From contig QMRC01000002.1 in assembly GCA_003649205.1 (NCBI GenBank), forward strand, positions 160,001 through 224,000: 64,000 bases of DNA, written 5' to 3'. A model generated the notes under the pieces. The model was not told the DNA's origin. It saw nothing but the letters and a program-made list of their open reading frames with translations, and made no database searches. Within the stretch, counting starts at the first letter, position 1; the number at the start of each line of letters is the position of its first letter. Shown piece by piece: positions 57,631-64,000 of this stretch. The translations under genes and the position numbers were made by a program. Source of the stretch: Thermoprotei archaeon. GTDB lineage: Archaea > Thermoproteota > Thermoprotei > Thermoproteales > B15-G16.

Positions 57631-58941
57631 CTACTTGATCTTACGTAGTTTAGCAATGAAGAAGCCTGTTGTATCATGGATATGTGGGTAGAGTCTCTGT
57701 GCTGTACTTAGTCCATAGAGACCTGGTAGTCCAATTTTAGGCTCTGCCTCTACCAATTCCACATCATCTCTACTCTCGAGGATCTCTTTGAGTAACACTT
57801 CGTTTTCCTCCAGCGTGAAGGTACAGGTTGAGTATACGAGAACTCCACCAGTTTTCAGTAACTCGATACCTCTCAGCAGTAACTGCATCTGCATCTCACG
57901 ATGTTTCCTCACAATATCTGGAGTTATCCATAACCTAATCTCAGGACTATGCCCTAGCTTACCCAAACTACTACAATCCGGATCAACCAATACGTAATCG
58001 AATTTCCTCCTAAAGCTGATATATCGTGAATCACAGAGAATTGGTAATATACCATGTGAAACACCCAATCTCTCACTTACATTTCGAAGTGCCTGTAGTC
58101 TCTTTCGTGACCAATCTAGCGACAATAATGTACAGCGACATCGAGTTATCTGTGCTATGTGTGTACTCTTACCTCCAGGTGCAGCACAGAGATCAACTAC
58201 GTAGGACTTTCTCTTAGGTGATAGTACGTGAGTAACGAGTGCAGAGGCTTTATCCTGTATGTGGAAATATCCCCTGTGATACTCAGGTACATGGCTGAGA
58301 TTTATACCGTATTTAACCACACGGAGAACATCAGGTAGATCAGGGTCCTCAATCGTCTCTACACCTCTCTTAGCTAGTAACCTCATCAATCTCCTCCTAC
58401 TTACCTTAGTGGTATTAACTCTGATCCATAGCGTAGCTGGTTCATTGAACCTAGCTAGCAACCTCTCACACTCAGCATCACCAAGGAGATTGAGTAAGTA
58501 CTTCACAACCCATGTAGGTTGAGAGTACTTAATACTGAGCCTCTCAACCACATCACCTATTCTAGAGATCATCGAATTCACATCAACATCACGTACCTTG
58601 AGCAGATCTCTCAATTTAATCCCGATCTTACTTAGGTAAGGTAAAACCCTCGATACTCTACTTACATCGACATTACGAAAGAGTACTTCGTAAATTGTTG
58701 CTCTAAGTATATTCCTCAGTAATACGCCACCTACCCTCTCTACACCAAGGACATTAGAAGCTATGTAGTCAAGTAGCTTAAAGTTTCTCAATACAGCTAG
58801 AGCAAAGGCTCTGACTACACCCTTTATGACACTGAGTTCTCGGTACCTACTGAAGTAATCCTCCATCACACCACGGAGAGATAACTTACGTAACTCGACT
58901 TCAGTAATTACCTCAGCAACTACAACTTCTATAGGCTTCAT
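57631..58941 (-). CDS. RsmB/NOP2-family RNA m5C methyltransferase
   Basis: IQDKAS, DLCAAPGGKS, DPDCS, YSTCT..EENE, GFFIAKL. Confidence 0.9.
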   Translation of the reverse strand: MKPIEVVVAEVITEVELRKLSLRGVMEDYFSRYRELSVIKGVVRAFALAVLRNFKLLDYIASNVLGVERVGGVLLRNILRATIYEVLFRNVDVSRVSRVLPYLSKIGIKLRDLLKVRDVDVNSMISRIGDVVERLSIKYSQPTWVVKYLLNLLGDAECERLLARFNEPATLWIRVNTTKVSRRRLMRLLAKRGVETIEDPDLPDVLRVVKYGINLSHVPEYHRGYFHIQDKASALVTHVLSPKRKSYVVDLCAAPGGKSTHIAQITRCRCTLLSLDWSRKRLQALRNVSERLGVSHGILPILCDSRYISFRRKFDYVLVDPDCSSLGKLGHSPEIRLWITPDIVRKHREMQMQLLLRGIELLKTGGVLVYSTCTFTLEENEVLLKEILESRDDVELVEAEPKIGLPGLYGLSTAQRLYPHIHDTTGFFIAKLRKIK

Positions 58942-58989
58942 GCGCTACACAACAAGGTATTTGTGTAGGGTATTGATAAAGTGTATGTG

Positions 58990-59038
58990 GTGATGAGGAC
59001 GCCCTTTACAGATCGATGAAGAGGGCCTTAATCACTGA
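58990..59038 (+). ncRNA. Box C/D sRNA candidate
   Basis: GTGATGA-ggacgcccttta-CAGA..ATGAAGA-gggccttaatca-CTGA. Confidence 0.8.
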
Positions 59039-59041
59039 TCT

Positions 59042-59869
59042 TCATTTACGACCTTCAACCCTCTGTATTACCTTATCAGCAATTTCCATGAGTCGCTTAG
59101 TAACTATAGCGTCTGGGTACTTGAGTAAAATTGGTACTCCTTCATCCATACACTCTACAACTCTCGGATCCAGTGGTATGGAGCCGAGGAACTCAAGGTT
59201 AAACTCTTTAGCAAGGGATTCTCCATCACTACCAAATACCTTGTATACAGTACCACACCTTGGACACACGAACTCACTCATATTCTCAACTATACCGATC
59301 ACGGGTATATTTAGTATTTGACAGAATCTTACCGCTTTACCAACAACCTCTTTCGACAACTTACTTGGAATCGTTACAACAATTGCACCTACATAGTCTA
59401 AGAACTGTGCTATGGTGAGTGGTTCATCACCAGTACCTGGTGGTAAATCAACGAGTAAGTAGTCTAACTTACCCCAATTTACCCTTGTCAACAACTCAAG
59501 TAGAGCTCTAGTCTTGAGAGGACCTCTCCAAATTACTGGAGATGAGGAGTCTCTCAACATGAAGCTTATAGAAACAACCTTCACATTCTTAGGTCCTGTA
59601 ACTGGAACTATGTATCCATCACTACCTAAACTCAATACCTTACCCTCAACACCTAGTGTCTTAGGTATAGAAGGACCGTGGAAATCAGCGTCCAACACCC
59701 CAACTAACCTACCCTTCAGAGCTAGAGCTACAGCCAACGTAGCTGTGAGAAAGCTCTTTCCCACACCACCCTTACCACTAACAACAGCTATGCGATACCT
59801 AACGTCCCTTAATCTCTCCCTAATCTTACCCTTTATCTCCTCAGGAGAGAATACTTGAGTACCAGACAT
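59042..59869 (-). CDS. Mrp/NBP35 Fe-S carrier ATPase
   Basis: SGKGGVGKS, DADFHGPS, WRGP, DLPPGTGD, ENMS..CPRC. Confidence 0.93.
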   Translation of the reverse strand: MSGTQVFSPEEIKGKIRERLRDVRYRIAVVSGKGGVGKSFLTATLAVALALKGRLVGVLDADFHGPSIPKTLGVEGKVLSLGSDGYIVPVTGPKNVKVVSISFMLRDSSSPVIWRGPLKTRALLELLTRVNWGKLDYLLVDLPPGTGDEPLTIAQFLDYVGAIVVTIPSKLSKEVVGKAVRFCQILNIPVIGIVENMSEFVCPRCGTVYKVFGSDGESLAKEFNLEFLGSIPLDPRVVECMDEGVPILLKYPDAIVTKRLMEIADKVIQRVEGRK

Positions 59870-59932
59870 GAAATCACCACAATTTTCGTGCTATAACACA
59901 GAAATAAATAAAGTAAATCTCTTGAGTTCAAA

Positions 59933-60643
59933 CTACTCAGCAAGCTCATAGATCCTCTTCTTCCTCTCATACTCATCCCTCGAGCAAATTCTCCTAGCTG
60001 GTACACCAGCAACCACGGTGTATGGTTCTACATCTCTAGTAACTACGGAACCTGCACCAACAACACTATACTCTCCAATCCTAACACCAGCAATCAACAC
60101 AGCACCCGCACCAATGACAGCCCCCTCCCCTATCTCGACACCTACAAGTCTCTTACTAGGTGGGTACCTATCATTGGTTACGACCACATAAGGACCTATG
60201 AACACACTATTCCCAATAATCGTCTTTGGTGGTAAGTACACACCTGTCTGAATCCTAGCATTTTCACCAATTCTCACATACCCATCTATGACGGTATACG
60301 AGCCAACTAAAGTACGTGAACCAATGATAGTACCCTCTCTAATGATTACCCCATGACCGGTCTCAACAAAATCACCAATCATAACACCTTCATAAACAAC
60401 GGTCCCCCTTCTCAAGATAACTCCTCTACCAATCCTCGCACCAGAACTAACTTCATCTAGGATACTGTACTCAAGCTCAGATCTGGATCTTAGATCGAGT
60501 AATCGAGCTCTCGTAGGATAACCAACAATAGTAAAGTCATCGAGTAAGGTATAGTCACCAACCTCACTAGGACCAAGCACAGTAGCAGTACCAAGTAACT
60601 TAACTCCCTTCCCGATCTTAGACCGTGGAGAAATCCAGACCAT
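59933..60643 (-). CDS. Hexapeptide-repeat acyltransferase
   Basis: Left-handed beta-helix repeats, TNDRYP, GAGSVVTRDV, GVPAR. Confidence 0.85.
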   Translation of the reverse strand: MVWISPRSKIGKGVKLLGTATVLGPSEVGDYTLLDDFTIVGYPTRARLLDLRSRSELEYSILDEVSSGARIGRGVILRRGTVVYEGVMIGDFVETGHGVIIREGTIIGSRTLVGSYTVIDGYVRIGENARIQTGVYLPPKTIIGNSVFIGPYVVVTNDRYPPSKRLVGVEIGEGAVIGAGAVLIAGVRIGEYSVVGAGSVVTRDVEPYTVVAGVPARRICSRDEYERKKRIYELAE

Positions 60644-60666
60644 AGGAGTACCCTAGGGTAGGGTAG

Positions 60667-62376
60667 CTATTTAACTTCAACTCCTAACTTCACTAAACGA
60701 GAGAGTAGTTCCCGTTGAAACCTCTCAACTAGGTAATCAAGGTACTTAGCTACGTAGTGTAGATGATGTAGAGCAACATCACGAGATCTCGAAGCTAGTT
60801 GCTTAACAACGTCTATACTAGGTACATCAACCAGAATCTCCTCACTACCAGGGACAACAACCCTACTCCTTAACTTATTCAGTTTCTCTACACTGAATTC
60901 AGCTAGCAACTCTCTAACCTCAGACCTCAGAGAACCAGTAATGACCTCTGGTACTAAGTCGCAGTATATTTTATCAAAGTCTTTACCATACACACCGTAG
61001 TAATATGGCTTGAGGAACTCACGATATATGAGTTTCAGTACGTATAGTGAAGGTATACGTAGCTCAATTTCTAGATCAAGTACCTTAAGCCTCCTTCTCA
61101 AGTACTCCTCAACGCTCTTCACACTAGGTACGTAGTCCGTACTCATCTCGTTGATAAAGTCAGCAACAACTCTAAGTAGGTGAACTAAATCACCATCAGA
61201 CATGAGCTCTTCAGTATCGTAGTTCGTGTGGTAAAACTTCATCAAGGCATCTAGTGAGCTAACTGTCACACCACCGATACCCACGACATGTAGATTTAAG
61301 GAGTCGTAGTATATTGAGGGAGGAAGCACTTCATATCTCAACCAATCGTACCTACTAAGTACCTTACCCACAAGTGGTTGGTAGTCAGGTGTCACGTAGA
61401 ACTCGAGAGGTTGTGTCACAAAGGCATCAATGCAGAGAACTCCAATACACTTACTCACTAACTCACCTACGTGCCTATGCACGTAAACGTATGAACCGTA
61501 TATCCAGTACCAAGGAGCAAATCTAGGCCTCCCAAGCTCCTCAGCAGTAAAGGACACCACCTTAATACTCCTCCTAGGTGTGTACCTGCTCTTGACGAGC
61601 TTCTTCACAAGCCAAAGCAATGTAGCTAGACCAACAACATTGTCACAGTACCCAGTAAACCAGTGATCGTGGTGAGCACATACCAAGATCTCTTCACTCT
61701 CTACCCTACCACCGATATCCACAACAATATTGTACCCAATGCCATGCTTAACCTCAACCGAGGTATCGATACGCATTTTCACACTTGAACCAGACCTAAG
61801 CCTCTCAACCAACTTCAACCCCCATATCTTTGGAACAACAACTACCGGTACCGGTGGAGCTTCACCTACAGCGAAGTTGTAGTCCTTACTATACGTCACA
61901 ACAATACGCCTAAAACCATCATCTAGGTACGGCTCAATGACTACGAAAGCTATGGCTCCTGCGTTGACAGCAGCTATGTACTGGTACTTAAGATCATCTA
62001 GGTCATGTGTTGACCAATCACTCACAACAATCTTACCACAGACATCTAGATCACTATACTCACTCTCCCTCAACCTAGTACCGACATACACACACCTACC
62101 CTCGACAACAGCATTTGGTGATAGAGGAATAGCACGAGCAGGTACCCTAGTTCCATCATCGAGAACAACTTCACACCCTCTCTCCAACCATGTAAGACAC
62201 TCAACAGGTTCCAACCTGAAGCTGATACCTAATTCATCGAGATACGACGCAACTAGCTCAATGATATCGTACTCACTACGAGAACCAGCAACTACCTCAC
62301 CTACAGAACACAGAGCCCTCGCTAGTGAGCGAACTTCACGTACATCACGTACATCGACAGACAGTACGGAACTCAA
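60667..62376 (-). CDS. M28-family peptidase with PA domain
   Basis: AHHDHW, DN..G, FTAEE, YHT..DT. Confidence 0.8.
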   Translation of the reverse strand: MSSVLSVDVRDVREVRSLARALCSVGEVVAGSRSEYDIIELVASYLDELGISFRLEPVECLTWLERGCEVVLDDGTRVPARAIPLSPNAVVEGRCVYVGTRLRESEYSDLDVCGKIVVSDWSTHDLDDLKYQYIAAVNAGAIAFVVIEPYLDDGFRRIVVTYSKDYNFAVGEAPPVPVVVVPKIWGLKLVERLRSGSSVKMRIDTSVEVKHGIGYNIVVDIGGRVESEEILVCAHHDHWFTGYCDNVVGLATLLWLVKKLVKSRYTPRRSIKVVSFTAEELGRPRFAPWYWIYGSYVYVHRHVGELVSKCIGVLCIDAFVTQPLEFYVTPDYQPLVGKVLSRYDWLRYEVLPPSIYYDSLNLHVVGIGGVTVSSLDALMKFYHTNYDTEELMSDGDLVHLLRVVADFINEMSTDYVPSVKSVEEYLRRRLKVLDLEIELRIPSLYVLKLIYREFLKPYYYGVYGKDFDKIYCDLVPEVITGSLRSEVRELLAEFSVEKLNKLRSRVVVPGSEEILVDVPSIDVVKQLASRSRDVALHHLHYVAKYLDYLVERFQRELLSRLVKLGVEVK

Positions 62377-62427
62377 GTACTCACCTCACTGAGCACTTGA
62401 GGTAAAGCTTTAAGAACTTAACCATGT

Positions 62428-63033
62428 TTGAGAGCTAGGTGTCGTAGGATGGGTACTGTTGTCTTCATAGCACTTTTCGACGGAGTACACCAACGTGAAC
62501 TCTCACCAATCAAGAGTACCCTAGAATCTCGTAGCTTCAGTACCAGGATACTAGCAGTAGACAATGATATACCAATCAACTATTGGTGTCAACTAAGTAA
62601 GTTGAGTGCTGAAGACCTCAGCAAGTTAGTGGACGAAGGTAACGCACTAGTGATATTGGGAGGATATAGACTTTACTACATCGTGACTGGGAAGAAACCA
62701 GCTAAGATCAAGTACAGGAAGCCTTGTCCCGGTTTAAGCAATCTACTCGAAATAATTAAGTTATTTAATGAGAGAAAAAAGATAATAGCCACAGCACTTG
62801 CAGGACCAGCACTCTTAGCTAGACTAGGTATACTAAAAGGGAAGAGAGCAACTGTACTACCCACAACAGACCTAGTGTATATAATGAGGGAAAACGGTGT
62901 TGAGATCACGTACAGTCCAGTCGAAGTATCAGACAACATTATAACCGCAAAGAACATCGAAGATATACCACTACTAGCTCGTACACTGGTTGAAGTACTT
63001 GAAAAACAAACACCAAAAGCGATTACTGCTTAA
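62428..63033 (+). CDS. DJ-1/PfpI-family protein lacking the nucleophile Cys
   Basis: LFDGVHQREL, LVILGG, TALAGPALLARLGILKGKRAT, NIITA. Confidence 0.78.
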   Translation: MRARCRRMGTVVFIALFDGVHQRELSPIKSTLESRSFSTRILAVDNDIPINYWCQLSKLSAEDLSKLVDEGNALVILGGYRLYYIVTGKKPAKIKYRKPCPGLSNLLEIIKLFNERKKIIATALAGPALLARLGILKGKRATVLPTTDLVYIMRENGVEITYSPVEVSDNIITAKNIEDIPLLARTLVEVLEKQTPKAITA

Positions 63034-63087
63034 GCTTAGAAACGTTAAAATTCCCTTACATAAGTTCTAGGCTCTGAGGAGTAAACC

Positions 63088-64000
63088 ATGAAGCTGGAGA
63101 ACCTCGAAAGCAAGGTATTGGTAATAGATGTTACTAACCTCAACGTACGTGAGGAGAAGGTCAAGGGCATACTAGGACCAATTAGCTGGGGTCTACACTG
63201 TCACCTAGAGAAGTATGAGAGTTTCAAGTACGATGTCTTTGATGAGCACAACGTTCTGTGTGCTGGCATAGGTAAGTTAGCAGGTAGCGTAATACCTGGT
63301 ACACAGAGACTGGTATTCACCTTTAGATCACCGATAACAGGTGGTTTCTACATATCGTCGCTCGGAGGTGGAGGAATACCATTGCTAGCACTGGGGATAG
63401 ATTACCTCGTTGTAGAGGGTAGAGCTAGAGAGCCAGTCGTTGTACTCCTGAAGAACTTAGGTAAAGGTGTTGAGGCAGCCTTCGAGCCTCTACCTAGAGA
63501 AGAGTTGTTCAGAATTTATCGAGAGTACAGGGGTGAGATAGGAGTATATGCTCTCGAGAGGTACTTACTAGAGAAGTACAGAGATCAGTACCTTTACGAT
63601 GGTAGGTACGTCACATTTAGGATATACTGTGTAGGTCCTGCTGCTTGGAGTACAAGGTACGGCATGATATTCTCGTCAGTAATAAGGAACGGTGAGATAG
63701 ATGTAGGTGCTGAGGACTTTGCAGGTAGAGGAGGTGCCGGTTCAGTACTAGCTAGGTGTCACAATGTAGTAGCCATGCTCATCGGTGGTGTTGAGAGTAA
63801 GAGAACTTTCCCCGCAAGTGATCTAAGGGATGTGAAGGTAACTGATGACGTATTTAATTCAGTAATGGGTAAACCCATGAGTAAGGCAGCTTTTGATGCA
63901 ACAGTAAAGTACAGATATGACCCAAGTGTAGGTTCTGGCGGTACATTTGGAGTGAACATGTCGACACTTAAGGAGAAATCTGTCCTCTTCAACTGGAAGA
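63088..64000 (+). CDS. gor: Glyceraldehyde-3-phosphate:ferredoxin oxidoreductase (AOR family), runs off the window
   Basis: Manual translation: MKLENLES..GILGPISWG..GTHRLVFTFRSP..SSLGGG..DFAGRGGAGSVL..KYRYDP..GGTFGVN. Confidence 0.8.
   Translation, partial: MKLENLESKVLVIDVTNLNVREEKVKGILGPISWGLHCHLEKYESFKYDVFDEHNVLCAGIGKLAGSVIPGTQRLVFTFRSPITGGFYISSLGGGGIPLLALGIDYLVVEGRAREPVVVLLKNLGKGVEAAFEPLPREELFRIYREYRGEIGVYALERYLLEKYRDQYLYDGRYVTFRIYCVGPAAWSTRYGMIFSSVIRNGEIDVGAEDFAGRGGAGSVLARCHNVVAMLIGGVESKRTFPASDLRDVKVTDDVFNSVMGKPMSKAAFDATVKYRYDPSVGSGGTFGVNMSTLKEKSVLFNWK

Noticed and set aside
60650-60661. 12-bp palindrome TACCCTAGGGTA between two co-oriented genes
   Set aside because: Single short occurrence in a 23-bp gap with no supporting context; may be chance.

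Overview
Gene-dense chromosomal segment of a probably (hyper)thermophilic archaeon. It is most consistent with Thermoproteota: archaeal histone, RadA, Rpl10e, class I LysRS, GAPOR, a BHB-intron tRNA and many box C/D sRNAs. No CRISPR array, transposase, integrase or provirus is visible. The main feature is a 13-kb cluster (1.36-14.4 kb): cofD, an FrhB-family F420 oxidoreductase, cdhA-cdhC-(small ORF)-cdhD-cdhE-cooC, mer, cofE and ADP-forming acetyl-CoA synthetase alpha. In it, acetyl-CoA synthase (CdhC) and the corrinoid FeS protein keep their metal ligands. The CO dehydrogenase subunit CdhA is an intact 680-aa ORF, but it has lost its B/D-cluster Cys segment, its 2x[4Fe-4S] domain, half of the C-cluster ligands and the catalytic His/Lys residues. 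cdhB is absent, and an extra 72-aa protein repeats the terminal motif shared by CdhC and CdhD. This suggests an ACS complex built on a catalytically dead CODH scaffold. The rest of the window is mostly housekeeping, RNA-modification and catabolic genes. It also holds 2 tRNAs, about 12 canonical box C/D sRNA candidates, one atypical K-turn RNA and two microproteins missed by the ORF track. All calls come from motif reading by eye; no database searches were run.
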